Assembly: GCA_963666985.2 (NCBI GenBank)
Contig: CAXXIA010000002.1
Span: 1,120,001 to 1,184,000, forward strand
Length of the DNA stretch: 64,000 bases
Source of the DNA: Spirochaetia bacterium
GTDB lineage: Bacteria > Spirochaetota > Spirochaetia > DSM-2461
Direction of reading: 5' to 3'
Shown here piece by piece: positions 48,400 to 58,657 of the stretch. Each line of letters begins with the position of its first letter. Position 1 is the first letter of the stretch. The notes under the pieces were generated by a model. The model searched no databases. It saw only the letters and a list, made by a program, of their open reading frames with translations, and was not told the DNA's origin. Made by a program: the position numbers and the translations under genes.

Positions 48400-49896
48400 A
48401 TGCGAGTTATTTCTCCTCTTTTCGCCCTTTTCCTGATGATTTCCGTCCTCATCCCCCTTTCCGCTTCAGGAACGGATGAAGAACCGCCCGCCGCGCCGAA
48501 TAACGGACAAAACATCGGTGAAACCGACTCGAAAGGAGTCGGCCGCGGCGATTCCCGTCCCAATCCGACGAACCGCGCCGCCTATGCCGAAGCGGTGCGT
48601 TCCGCCGAAGCCATGGCTTATGATCCGGTGGCCCAAGCCCTGGCCTCCCTCTACGGAATGGATCTCTTGAACGTTACCTGGGAAGATACCGGACGGTATA
48701 AAAACTCAGCCGTCGGGCCGAACATCAGCGATATGACCATTCAGGTGGAACTGAAAGATCCCAAAACGGCCTTGAGGGGACTCCACCTGATGCCCGTACT
48801 CCGCTATCCGAACTTCGCCGATCTTACGGCTGATCTGAGACCGGAAGATTTCAGGCTGCTGGTTGGGAACGAAACCGGCGGTTCCCTGGTTGATATCGAC
48901 CTGAAAACCTTTCTGCAGCGCCCCGGCGACTATCTGACCAATCCGAAAAGCTGGCGCGGCGGTCCGGAAAGCCTGCTCGCCCGAAACCGGGATTCTCATG
49001 TGCTGGTGAGCGCCCAGGCCTGCTTCCTGCCCATCCCTTCCGGCGGAGAAGCCGTTTTTAATCCGGTTTTATTCAACTATCAGAGCTCGGCGGGAAATCC
49101 CGCTGTCCTGACCATCCTGGCCACAAGGGAAGGAACCAGCGTCACCATCATCGACAACCAGCGCGACGGATTCGAATCGGACGGATTCTGGGGACAGCGG
49201 CTTTTCTTCAATCAGGCCGGTGAACGCGCCAGTCTGACCGGAAAGCGGCTGAGTGACTGGGAAATCGAGAATCAGACGGACGGCTCCGGGAAACCGGCGA
49301 ACCGGGATGAACCCGCCGCAGCGGCCGCCGGAGAAACAGGACTCAACATGGTGCTTCTTATTCAAGTACCCCTGAAGCACAAAACATTTTACCGCGACAT
49401 GATGCTTGTCGAGTCGGCGGAAATGTTGAATGAAAAAGCGATTGAAAGCGCCGCCGGAGTGGAAGAAGCGGTTATCGGACACGGCCCGGTGGAAGGCCCC
49501 TTCACCGAGATAGACGGATTGGATATCGAACGCGACCCGGATTTTCCTATCCGCGTAACCGTGCAGTTCTACATGGCCACCGAAGACGGCCTGGTGACCG
49601 ATCAGGATATCCGGAAACTGGCCCGGCAAATCGAGCGGGTTTACGAGGATGCGGACTATGTGGGTTCTCTGGTTGTTCAAGGCCCCACCGGACGGCCCAC
49701 CGAATATGACGGGAGTAAAATAGAACCGCCGAACTGGTGGGAGGATTTCTGGCTCAAGCATTATGAAGCCACGGGTATAACCCGGGAAGAAACCTTACGG
49801 CAATTGGCCGAAAGCACCGGCTCTTTCACCATTCCCCGAAGGGAACAAGAACTCATCCGGCTTCTGCGGGAAGCGGGAATCGCCGCGGATGCGTAA
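48400..49896 (+). CDS. Secreted protein of unknown function
   Basis: Signal peptide; GGGAGG RBS; 498 aa; no family I can name. Confidence 0.8.
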   Translation: MRVISPLFALFLMISVLIPLSASGTDEEPPAAPNNGQNIGETDSKGVGRGDSRPNPTNRAAYAEAVRSAEAMAYDPVAQALASLYGMDLLNVTWEDTGRYKNSAVGPNISDMTIQVELKDPKTALRGLHLMPVLRYPNFADLTADLRPEDFRLLVGNETGGSLVDIDLKTFLQRPGDYLTNPKSWRGGPESLLARNRDSHVLVSAQACFLPIPSGGEAVFNPVLFNYQSSAGNPAVLTILATREGTSVTIIDNQRDGFESDGFWGQRLFFNQAGERASLTGKRLSDWEIENQTDGSGKPANRDEPAAAAAGETGLNMVLLIQVPLKHKTFYRDMMLVESAEMLNEKAIESAAGVEEAVIGHGPVEGPFTEIDGLDIERDPDFPIRVTVQFYMATEDGLVTDQDIRKLARQIERVYEDADYVGSLVVQGPTGRPTEYDGSKIEPPNWWEDFWLKHYEATGITREETLRQLAESTGSFTIPRREQELIRLLREAGIAADA

Positions 49897-50004
49897 CGGC
49901 CGCTCCTCCCCCGCGGAGCGTTTTACCGCGGGAGGAGCCGTCGGCGGATTTCTCCGCCATGCCGCATGATTGCGGTAACGGCTCAATCCGGGAATAATCC
50001 GGGT

Positions 50005-50475
50005 ATGGCTATCGAACAAGTTAAAAACTACTTCAAGGAGTTCGGCCAGGAACACCGCATTATGGAACTGGATGAATCGACGGCAACGGTGGCGACGGCA
50101 GCGGCCGCCCACGGCGTGGAACCCGGCCAAATCGGCAAAACCCTTTCGTTCAAACTTGAAGAAGAGCCGATCCTCATCGTAACGGCCGGAGACGCGAAAA
50201 TCTCCAATTCAAAATACAAAGCGCGATTTTCCAAGAAAGCGAAAATGCTCAATGCCGAAGAGGTCTTGGAACATACGGGACATCCGGTGGGCGGCGTCTG
50301 CCCTTTCGGTCTTCCGAAAAAGCTTCCGGTCTATCTGGATATTTCCTTACGGCGCTTCGAGGAAGTTATTCCCGCGGCCGGCAGTCTGAACTCCTCAATC
50401 AAGCTGACTCTTGAGGAACTGGAGGATTATTCAAACGCCCTGGAATGGGTTGATGTCTGCGACGTCGCGGGCTGA
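50005..50475 (+). CDS. YbaK/EbsC family aminoacyl-tRNA deacylase-like protein
   Basis: ATVA.AA.A.GVE..QI.KTL, TGHPVGGVCPFG, PAAG. Confidence 0.92.
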   Translation: MAIEQVKNYFKEFGQEHRIMELDESTATVATAAAAHGVEPGQIGKTLSFKLEEEPILIVTAGDAKISNSKYKARFSKKAKMLNAEEVLEHTGHPVGGVCPFGLPKKLPVYLDISLRRFEEVIPAAGSLNSSIKLTLEELEDYSNALEWVDVCDVAG

Positions 50476-50484
50476 GGATTCTCA

Positions 50485-51906
50485 TTGACCGCCGCCGGTT
50501 CGATTCGACTTCGTTTTTTCTTCCTCGCCGTTCTTTTTATCCTCGTCTCAACGGCTTTGTCGGCCCATCCCCACATGTGGATACAAAGCGAACTCATCCC
50601 AGTTCTCGGACCCGGAGGACTCGAAGCCGTGGACGTCCGCTGGGTATTCGATGAATTCAGCAGCGCAACCATTATCGAAGGTTTTGACGAAGATAAAAAC
50701 GGGATTCTCGATGAGAAGGAAATTGAAGAGGCAAAACAGAAAACTTTCGTCCACCTTTTTGCCGATGAATATTATCTCGCCGTCGATGTCGGAGGGCTTC
50801 TGGGCACACCGCTGGAAGCTCGGGACTTCTTCGCGGAAATAACGGACAATCGTGCTGCGTATTGCTTCCGTGTTCCTCTTAAAATTCCGATTCGCTGGGA
50901 AGATTTGGAAGGAACGGCCGTTTATTTCTTCGATCCCTCTTATTTCATCGACTTCCGATGCATGAACACAGGGGAAAAGACGGTTTCGTGGCAGGAACGG
51001 ACGGCCGCGTTCTCCGTATCCCGGCGTGAACTGACGACACGGGGGTACGGGAAAGTAACGGTAACCGGATTAACGGCCCGCTATAACGGTCCGGGAGCGG
51101 GTTCTCGGGATGATGAAACCGTAAAACGCCGGAAAAATCGGGATACCGGACGCATTTCATTCTCGGCGCGAATTAAAGACTGGAGCTTCTCGATGCAGGA
51201 ACGGCTGGCCTCCTACACCCGGCGCATGGTGGACAACAGGGATTCCGGTGCTTTCTGGACGGCGGCGGCTCTGGCGCTGCTCTTCGGACTCATCCATGTG
51301 CTGGGACCGGGACACGGCAAATCCTTTACACTGGCGTATTTTTCCTCACAGAACGCAAAGCTCCCGGAGGGATTGGCCCTCAGCGCCCTCATCAATATCC
51401 TGGACGCCCTCTCGGCCTTGCTCTTGGTGGGCGTTACCTACGGCATTCTCTCTTTGACGATTCAGACCACCGGAGCGGCGGCCGGACGGATAACCCGCAT
51501 CATCGCCTATTCGGCTGTAATCCTCCTGGGACTGGGGAACCTGGCGGCCGGGATTCTTGAAAAAGTGCGCGGTGAGAAAACCTCCGGCGACCGGCGCGGG
51601 CGGAAATTAAAGCCTTGGATGCTGGCCGTTACCGTCGGTCTGGTTCCCTGCCCGGTGAGTTCGGCGCTGCTGGCCTACGGCATCGCCGAAGGAACTCTGG
51701 GATTCAGCCTGATTCTCGTGGCCGCCGTGTCGATCGGCGGCATGATCGCCTTAAGCCTTTTCAGCTTCGCCGTAATCGGAGGCAAGGCGGCTTTGTCGCT
51801 CGCCCTGCGCAGCGGCGGCCTGGAGAAAGGACTCGAATGGTTCGAAATTTTGTCCATGGGGGCTCTGGCGGCCTTCGGCGTCATCCTGCTGATCGGAACC
51901 GTCTAA
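50485..51906 (+). CDS. DUF1007 periplasmic domain fused to an RcnA/NiCoT-like metal permease
   Basis: N-terminal AHPH.WI..W.FDEFSS..FDPSYF; C-terminal HVLGPGHGK and GLVPCP with ~6 TM segments. Confidence 0.82.
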   Translation: MTAAGSIRLRFFFLAVLFILVSTALSAHPHMWIQSELIPVLGPGGLEAVDVRWVFDEFSSATIIEGFDEDKNGILDEKEIEEAKQKTFVHLFADEYYLAVDVGGLLGTPLEARDFFAEITDNRAAYCFRVPLKIPIRWEDLEGTAVYFFDPSYFIDFRCMNTGEKTVSWQERTAAFSVSRRELTTRGYGKVTVTGLTARYNGPGAGSRDDETVKRRKNRDTGRISFSARIKDWSFSMQERLASYTRRMVDNRDSGAFWTAAALALLFGLIHVLGPGHGKSFTLAYFSSQNAKLPEGLALSALINILDALSALLLVGVTYGILSLTIQTTGAAAGRITRIIAYSAVILLGLGNLAAGILEKVRGEKTSGDRRGRKLKPWMLAVTVGLVPCPVSSALLAYGIAEGTLGFSLILVAAVSIGGMIALSLFSFAVIGGKAALSLALRSGGLEKGLEWFEILSMGALAAFGVILLIGTV

Positions 51907-52400
51907 CAGGCTGTTTCTTCCGTTACAAAAACACCTTCGGTTCGATCCTTACGGGCATTCTTCCAGCCGAGGACACGGCCGTTCATCGCGATCCATGTCC
52001 CGTTTTCCAACAATGAAGAAGCCATTACAGCCGAACCCAGATTGAATAAAGCATCCGACTTCGCCACCGAATACGGCACCATGGCGCCTGTAAGGATGAT
52101 ACATTTCGAAAGAGATGCGGCGCCGATCAGACGAGCGGTTTCCGTCATTGTGTCCGTTCCATGCACGATGATGATTCGATTCTCGGGAGCCCGAATGCAA
52201 GCGTCCAATACGGCACGGCGCTGATTTTCTTCCATATCGAGACTGTCTACCAGGGTAACAATCTCCAGCTCGGTATCCTCATGGATTCGTGCCGTCTTTA
52301 AGATTTCAGGAAGATGACTGTCTTCAAAAGTCAGCAGACCCCGAATGGGGTCGTACTGTTTATCAAATGTTCCGCCTGTGGCAATGATGCGTAAAGCCAT
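51903..52400 (-). CDS. Short (N-domain only) L-asparaginase-like protein
   Basis: ATGGTFDK, DSLDM, HGTDTM, LTGAM.P, DA.FNLG; 165 aa. Confidence 0.88.
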   Translation of the reverse strand: MALRIIATGGTFDKQYDPIRGLLTFEDSHLPEILKTARIHEDTELEIVTLVDSLDMEENQRRAVLDACIRAPENRIIIVHGTDTMTETARLIGAASLSKCIILTGAMVPYSVAKSDALFNLGSAVMASSLLENGTWIAMNGRVLGWKNARKDRTEGVFVTEETAC

Positions 52401-52465
52401 AGAGGGAAGATAACACCATCACGGTTATCGACAAAAGCACTCTCCGGTGAGTTTCTTGCTTTCGA

Positions 52466-53692
52466 CTATTCCAAAGAGCCGAAAAGGATCTTCCCCCGCT
52501 TTACAACGGCTTTTCGGGCCGCGCCGATGCGCAGGGCTTCGAGAACGCTCGGCGCTTCAAAGACGACGAAATCGGCCGGATTCCCGGCTTCGATGCCATA
52601 ATCGTCGAGGTTCATAATCCGCGCGGCGGTTGATGTAACCGCGCCGAACATCGTTTCCAGTTCGGAGGTTCCCATCATATGGGCGATGTGCGCCGCCATC
52701 CGGGCAACGTCAAACATGTCGGCATTGCCCAAAGGATACCAGGGATCTTCATTGCAGTCCTGAGCACAGGCCACATCCAGTCCGGCGGCGATGAAATCCT
52801 TAATCGGCGCCATCGCCCGCGGAGAAGGATGATGGAAATGACCGCCCAGGTGAATATTGATGAGAGGATTCACAATCACGGCCAGGCCGGCGCCGGCCAT
52901 CAGGGGAATGAGCTTCCGATGCAGGTAGTACGGATCCATCATGGCCGTGGCGGTAATGTGGGAAGCCGCCACCCTTCCGGCCAGGCCGCGCCGCCGGGTT
53001 TCTTCCGCCAGCACTTCCACGTGACGCGAGTGGGGATCGTCGCTTTCATCACAGTGAATATCAACCAAAAGACCGCGATTCTCGGCGATGTCCATCAGCC
53101 TCTCCAGGCTCCGCCATCCAAGCTCGAGAGTCCGTTCGTTATGGGGGATGCCGCCCACGACGTCCACTCCCATGTCGAGCGCTTTAAGCAGCTGGGCTTC
53201 GGTTTCCGGTGTTCCGAAAAAGCCGTCCTGCGGAAAGGCGACCAGTTGGATATCGATGCGGTCCTTCCACTTTTCCCGGATATGAAGGAGTCCTTCGACG
53301 CCGCGAAGCGCCGGATCGGAAACATCCACATGGCTCCGAACGGCAAGCAGTCCTTGAGATACGGCGCGTTCACAGTATTCGTCCACGCGGGTAACGACGT
53401 CCTCGACGCCGAGCTTTGTTGCTTTATAGACGCCCCAGTTGTCGATGCCCTCGCGAAGAGTGCCGGAAGCGTTGGGGATGCGGGTAAGAACCGAATCAAG
53501 GTGAAAGTGGGCATCGACAAAGGGCGGGGAGATCAAAAGTCCCTTCATGTCGAAATGCCGGGAGGGTTCGGAGACGGTATCGGAGCGCGCGGCTTCGGGG
53601 ATCACCCTTGAAAACACTCCGCTTTCAACAACGATATCCGTCAGTCCATCCTGTCCGGGGATGCGGCAATTCTTCAGTTTATAATCGGTCAT
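52466..53692 (-). CDS. codA: Cytosine deaminase-like amidohydrolase
   Basis: DAHFHLD, RSHVD, VAFPQDG, GGIPH.E, HCDE.DD, D...DPWYPLG. Confidence 0.8.
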   Translation of the reverse strand: MTDYKLKNCRIPGQDGLTDIVVESGVFSRVIPEAARSDTVSEPSRHFDMKGLLISPPFVDAHFHLDSVLTRIPNASGTLREGIDNWGVYKATKLGVEDVVTRVDEYCERAVSQGLLAVRSHVDVSDPALRGVEGLLHIREKWKDRIDIQLVAFPQDGFFGTPETEAQLLKALDMGVDVVGGIPHNERTLELGWRSLERLMDIAENRGLLVDIHCDESDDPHSRHVEVLAEETRRRGLAGRVAASHITATAMMDPYYLHRKLIPLMAGAGLAVIVNPLINIHLGGHFHHPSPRAMAPIKDFIAAGLDVACAQDCNEDPWYPLGNADMFDVARMAAHIAHMMGTSELETMFGAVTSTAARIMNLDDYGIEAGNPADFVVFEAPSVLEALRIGAARKAVVKRGKILFGSLE

Positions 53693-53852
53693 GGCTTCCT
53701 CTCATAGGAAATTACTCTACGAAGGGGCCGTGAATGCGTCAATCGAAGAATTTCTTCCGGCCCATATCAAAAAAACATGAAAGAAGACACCTTTTTTCCA
53801 ACACTCAAGAAGAAATAACAAACTTTTAACACAGAGGTTTCATCATGCCGCC

Positions 53853-55676
53853 ATGCGAATCGCCGGAGAAGATTCAGCCGTGCTGGCCGTCTCGAATAAA
53901 GTTTCAGCGGAAACTTCCATCCGTAAGATCATACGCAATAAAAATATTCAGGTGCTGTATCAGCCGATCGTCGACGCGGGGGCCGTTCGGATTCTCGGTT
54001 ACGAAGCTCTGGTTAGAGGGCCTTCGGACTCGCCTCTTCATTCTCCATTGGTTCTTTTCGGCGCGGCCTCCGATCAAGGCTGTCTTATGGAACTTGAGCG
54101 AATGGTTATAGAAGAAGCGCTCAGAGGTTTTGCGTCTCAACGGCTTTCGGGGAAAATATTCCTTAATCTCACGATGAATTCATTTCGCGAAGTGGATACC
54201 CTCATCCATCCGCTTTTGAATCTTCTTCACGAACTTTCGATCCTTCCCGCTTCGGTTGTTATCGAACTTACCGAAACTCAGCCGAGCTTCGAGGCCGACG
54301 AGATGCAGGATGTAACGAAGATTCTTCGCAATCAAGGTTTGATGGTCGCTTTGGACGATCTCGGAGAGGGATTCGCGGGACTGAAGCGCTGGTCCGTCGT
54401 GAAACCGGATTTTGTGAAAGCCGACAGGCATTTCATCGACGGCATCCATCAGGATCCGATAAAGCAGCAGTTTCTGCGCTCCATCGTCGATATCGCCAAA
54501 GTCTCCAACGCCCGCGTCATCGCCGAGGGCCTGGAACAGCCGCCCGATCTTCAAGTTCTTACGGACATCGGCGTGGATTACATCCAGGGATTCCTTATCG
54601 CCAGGCCCTCGCCGCGGCCTCCCGGACATTTAACGCCGGCCGTGGAGAAGGCGTTCGCCAATCAGATTGTCCGCTATCATCCGATGGATTGGAACAGAAA
54701 TTACAATCGGAAGGTTACGGCATTCGATTTGGCGCATCCCGCCCGTACCGTAAAAGAAGATACTTTGGTCGTTGAAGTCCTGGAGGCTTTCCAGAGCGCC
54801 TCGGAACTCAACGCCCTTCCCGTTCTTGATAATGAACGAAGACCCGTGGGCATTATTCGATCCATCGAATTCCTGCAGACGGCGAGCAAGCCGTATTTTC
54901 ACGACATATACGGTAAGAAAAGCTGCTCGGTACTCATGGATCCTTCGCCGCTTATTTTCGACTGCTCCGTGGAACTTCATGCGGTTTCGGAAGTCGTGGC
55001 GGGTCTTTCGGAACGCTTCCTCGCGGACGGATTTCTTGTAACGCGCGAAGGCCGCTACATCGGCTCGGGAAAGGCGACCGAACTCGTTAAGGCGGTCTCC
55101 GATATGCAGATTTTCGCCGCCAAGTACTCGAATCCGTTAACGCTTCTTCCGGGCAACGTGCCTATCGACGAGCATATCAATTCCCTGCTGGTTCAAGGGT
55201 GCGATTTTGTCGTGGTCTATTGGGATTTAAACTCATTCAAACCCTACAACGATGTGTACGGTTATGCCGCCGGAGATGATGTTATTAAGATGACCGCCGA
55301 TGTCTTGAAGAATATCAATGATCCGAATCTCGATTTCCTGGGGCATATCGGCGGAGATGATTTCGTCTCCATTTTTCTATCCGATGACTGGGAGCGGAGG
55401 ATTCGGGAAGCCTTGAAAAACTTCTCCGTCCGAATCGACGGTTTCTTAAGAAAAGAGCACCTGGAAGTCGGCGGATACGATACGGTCAACCGGGAAGGGA
55501 ATGTGGTTCGGCACAACGCGGTGACTTTGGCCGCCGGTGTTCTTGAAGTACGGGAGGGAATGTTCAACTACCCCAATCAAGTCTCCCAAGCTGTTACCGA
55601 TGCAAAGAAAATGGCAAAAGCGATGGACGGGAATGCTTATTTCATCGAAAGGCGGGGAAGGAAGAAGGATTCCTAA
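53853..55676 (+). CDS. EAL-CBS-GGDEF c-di-GMP enzyme
   Basis: YEALVRGP, IELTE, DDLGEG, IAEG.E; CBS pair; FKPYND.YG...GD, GHIGGDDF. Confidence 0.92.
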   Translation: MRIAGEDSAVLAVSNKVSAETSIRKIIRNKNIQVLYQPIVDAGAVRILGYEALVRGPSDSPLHSPLVLFGAASDQGCLMELERMVIEEALRGFASQRLSGKIFLNLTMNSFREVDTLIHPLLNLLHELSILPASVVIELTETQPSFEADEMQDVTKILRNQGLMVALDDLGEGFAGLKRWSVVKPDFVKADRHFIDGIHQDPIKQQFLRSIVDIAKVSNARVIAEGLEQPPDLQVLTDIGVDYIQGFLIARPSPRPPGHLTPAVEKAFANQIVRYHPMDWNRNYNRKVTAFDLAHPARTVKEDTLVVEVLEAFQSASELNALPVLDNERRPVGIIRSIEFLQTASKPYFHDIYGKKSCSVLMDPSPLIFDCSVELHAVSEVVAGLSERFLADGFLVTREGRYIGSGKATELVKAVSDMQIFAAKYSNPLTLLPGNVPIDEHINSLLVQGCDFVVVYWDLNSFKPYNDVYGYAAGDDVIKMTADVLKNINDPNLDFLGHIGGDDFVSIFLSDDWERRIREALKNFSVRIDGFLRKEHLEVGGYDTVNREGNVVRHNAVTLAAGVLEVREGMFNYPNQVSQAVTDAKKMAKAMDGNAYFIERRGRKKDS

Positions 55677-55698
55677 GAGGCACTTTCGGCCGGTTCAA

Positions 55699-56346
55699 TT
55701 AGGCGGAAAACACACCGCAAGGAAGCTTTTCAATACAAACGGTAAAATCATTATCCAAATACCGTTTGTTAAAAGAAATTCGACAGGATTCGAATTGTAC
55801 GCCGCTGAGAATGGTTTGAACCCGCTCTTCCGTTGTATACCAGTAGACGCGTTCCTTACAGCAGGATGATTCGTGCAGAAGATTGAATATGATCTTTTCC
55901 CGGCCGATTTCCAAAAACAGTTCCACGGCCCGTTTCAGAAATCTTTCATTATTACCCAGCTGAATATTGAAAATCCCGGAAGAATAAATAATGTCGAATT
56001 CATTGATGCCGAAGGGATTCTTTTTAAAAATATCAACACGGCGAAAATCGGCATCATATTTGGCGGCGGCTCGATCTACCATCTCCTCGATAATATCAAT
56101 TCCGGTATAATCGCAGTTGATATTCCGTTCCCGCAGATATCCGTAGAGATTTCCCAGGCCGCAGCCGACATCAAGGATTGATTTTCCCCGGCAGTCCGCC
56201 AGTTCGGTAAAAACCTGAAATCTTGATTCCTGCGCCTGCCTGGACTCCCAGCCGAGAATCGCATAATCATCAAGTGAATAATCTTTTAGCCGGGGTGCAT
56301 AATATTGGGAAATAGCTTCAAAGCGCTTTTTTTCAAACATTGGCAT
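55699..56346 (-). CDS. Class I SAM-dependent methyltransferase
   Basis: LGW....Q..RF, ILDVGCGLG, YTGID, SGIFN. Confidence 0.9.
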   Translation of the reverse strand: MPMFEKKRFEAISQYYAPRLKDYSLDDYAILGWESRQAQESRFQVFTELADCRGKSILDVGCGLGNLYGYLRERNINCDYTGIDIIEEMVDRAAAKYDADFRRVDIFKKNPFGINEFDIIYSSGIFNIQLGNNERFLKRAVELFLEIGREKIIFNLLHESSCCKERVYWYTTEERVQTILSGVQFESCRISFNKRYLDNDFTVCIEKLPCGVFSA

Positions 56347-56463
56347 TAACCTAACTGGAAAACTAATATTTCACCAGTGGATGTGTGCCGGTAATCCGAA
56401 TAATTTCTATCCGAGGCTCTTCACAAGAGACACGCCGAACCGCGAGCCTCTTTCGGCAGGCTG

Positions 56464-57231
56464 CTAGTGAAGTTTCCCGTGATATTCGGCAATCTGCTGT
56501 TCCATCCAGGAAGCCGCTTTCTCCATCATTTCGTCCAGTTCCTCTTTGGGAAAGCCGGCATCGCCTGTGGGTTTCGGCGGATAGATTGGTTCTCCGAAAA
56601 CTTGAGTAAGCTTTACCCAGGCCGGCCCCATCGTTCTGCCTCGAAACTTCCGGCGGCGGATAAGGTAGACCATGGGCAGTATTGGAGCCTGATGGATATA
56701 AGACATATAAAATGCCCCGGGCCGAAAACGGTGGATGGTTTGGCTAAGAAACACCAGTTCGCCTTCGGGTAAAAACATCACATGATGCCCTTTTTTAAGG
56801 ACTTCTCCCAAAGGCTTGGTGATCATTTTCAAACCGGCCGGACTTGAAGGAATCGGCAAGGCTCTGAGTCCTCTGAGAAGCAGCCGAACAAAAGGAACTT
56901 CATAATTCCGCTGAACGACGGTAATAAAGAGTTTTCGCGGAAATAATCGATAACTGGCCAGAACGGTATCGAAATAATGACAATGATTTGAAATCAGGAT
57001 ATGTCCCTGAGTTTTTAGGCCGCGAAGATTTTTGCGCCCTCTGATTGATAAAGTGAAAAAAAGTGCTGAGAGAAAACTGAGGAAGCAAACAATAAGAAAT
57101 AACGGTAAAACCGCCAAATCATACCAGAATCCCGTATATACGAATTTATACGGTTTGGAAAAATCAATTTTCTTTTTTGCGTTGTTTACCGGAATAATCT
57201 CGTCTTCAGGAACCTCGGGTCGGTCTTTCAT
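56464..57231 (-). CDS. PlsC-like lysophospholipid/glycolipid acyltransferase
   Basis: NHCHYFD (HX4D), LPEG, F..GAF. Confidence 0.88.
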   Translation of the reverse strand: MKDRPEVPEDEIIPVNNAKKKIDFSKPYKFVYTGFWYDLAVLPLFLIVCFLSFLSALFFTLSIRGRKNLRGLKTQGHILISNHCHYFDTVLASYRLFPRKLFITVVQRNYEVPFVRLLLRGLRALPIPSSPAGLKMITKPLGEVLKKGHHVMFLPEGELVFLSQTIHRFRPGAFYMSYIHQAPILPMVYLIRRRKFRGRTMGPAWVKLTQVFGEPIYPPKPTGDAGFPKEELDEMMEKAASWMEQQIAEYHGKLH

Positions 57232-57245
57232 GGTTATGTTCCTAA

Positions 57246-58427
57246 TTATGTTCCTATAGCGATACCGGGTGAAAGAACATATTCGGCTGATTCTTGATTA
57301 TGAGCAATGAGATCGTCAAACAATATTTCCATTTCATCAATGCATTTTTTCATCCGATAACGTTCCGCCATCTTCAATACCCGGCTTCTTTCGGCGGCAA
57401 GTTCCTCTCTGCGTTCAAACCAGTAGTCGATCTTTTTTCCCAATTCAACGGCATTATCCATCTGAAAAATAAAACGTTCATCCGGCGCGAATTGAGGAGC
57501 GGCACTGTTGGGTGAATCACCGATCAGACAAGGGGTTCCGCAGCCGATGGCCTCAAGACAGGAGAGACTTTCCAATTCCACAACGGAAGAATGGAGGTAA
57601 AGATCGGCGGTGCTCAGATAGGTCAGCTTATCTTCATTGCTGATGTATTCGATCAGAGGTTTTACCGGAAGTTCTTCGCCTCTTTTGCGAAGCTTCTCCG
57701 AATCCTCGCCTTTACCGGCCAAGATCAGCTGAATTCGGTCTTTGTAACGCGAATGAAGCACTCCGTCGATAAGCAGTTCCTGACGTTTTTCCATCGCATG
57801 ACGGCCGATGTTCAGAATCACGAATTTATCGCCGAACCATTCCGGACGTTTTTGCCCCGAGGGTTCATATTCCCGCGGAATCCCATTGGAGATCACACGG
57901 AAATGAGAACCGCTGCCGTGGTCTTCTAAAAGTTTCGCGGCGAATTCCGAAGGGCAGTGAAGAACATCGACATGGTTGTAAAGGCAGAAGTTGAACACCT
58001 TAAAAAGCATCTCTTCCATAAAGGGGCTTTCCTTCCCCGCGGCGGAAATGATGTTCTGGGGCTGCAGATGGCAGGCGCCCATGACCGGGATGTTCATTTG
58101 CCGGGCGACATTCACCGCTTTGCGGGCAAGAAACGTAGGGAACTGGGTCATGACCAGATCCGCGCCTTTAAAGGCTTTCTTCAATACGTTCTTTTTGGCT
58201 TTGCCGAAAAGGAACCCCATGCTTTCCATGGCTTCCCGAACGCCGGGAAGGTAATATCCGGGAACGTTGTACAGATCACCTTCATATTGGTCGGCGTTGG
58301 TGGTGACAATGGTAAAGGTGTAACCGCGTTCTTCCAGTTCCTTCACCATTCTGCGGGTGGCGACAATGGCGCCGTTTCCTTCGGCCCAGCTGTCGATGAC
58401 GATAACGATCTTCTTGGGGGTAGGCAT
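57246..58427 (-). CDS. GT4 glycosyltransferase resembling Helicobacter cholesterol alpha-glucosyltransferase
   Basis: IVIVIDS...NG, HLQP, HCPS.F, ISNG, GR...EK.Q, E.ESL.CLEAI..G, SA..QFA.DER..F, KIDYW.E. Confidence 0.85.
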   Translation of the reverse strand: MPTPKKIVIVIDSWAEGNGAIVATRRMVKELEERGYTFTIVTTNADQYEGDLYNVPGYYLPGVREAMESMGFLFGKAKKNVLKKAFKGADLVMTQFPTFLARKAVNVARQMNIPVMGACHLQPQNIISAAGKESPFMEEMLFKVFNFCLYNHVDVLHCPSEFAAKLLEDHGSGSHFRVISNGIPREYEPSGQKRPEWFGDKFVILNIGRHAMEKRQELLIDGVLHSRYKDRIQLILAGKGEDSEKLRKRGEELPVKPLIEYISNEDKLTYLSTADLYLHSSVVELESLSCLEAIGCGTPCLIGDSPNSAAPQFAPDERFIFQMDNAVELGKKIDYWFERREELAAERSRVLKMAERYRMKKCIDEMEILFDDLIAHNQESAEYVLSPGIAIGT

Positions 58428-58657
58428 GGGGCTTGCCTCCTTCAAAAAAGTTTATTGTGACATTTTAAAGATTTTGTCGAAAGAAATCCATGCGGCGGCG
58501 CCCCATATAGAAGGCATACTGCCGATAGAACCTTACTTTTAGCTTTTACCGCCGCGGAATCTTTTCACGGCCGCTGTTATCAGTATTCCATCGCCTGGGA
58601 TTTCAACGCCGGATATTCCGCCGGCGAAATTTCAGCGCGGGGGTTGGGACTTATTAA

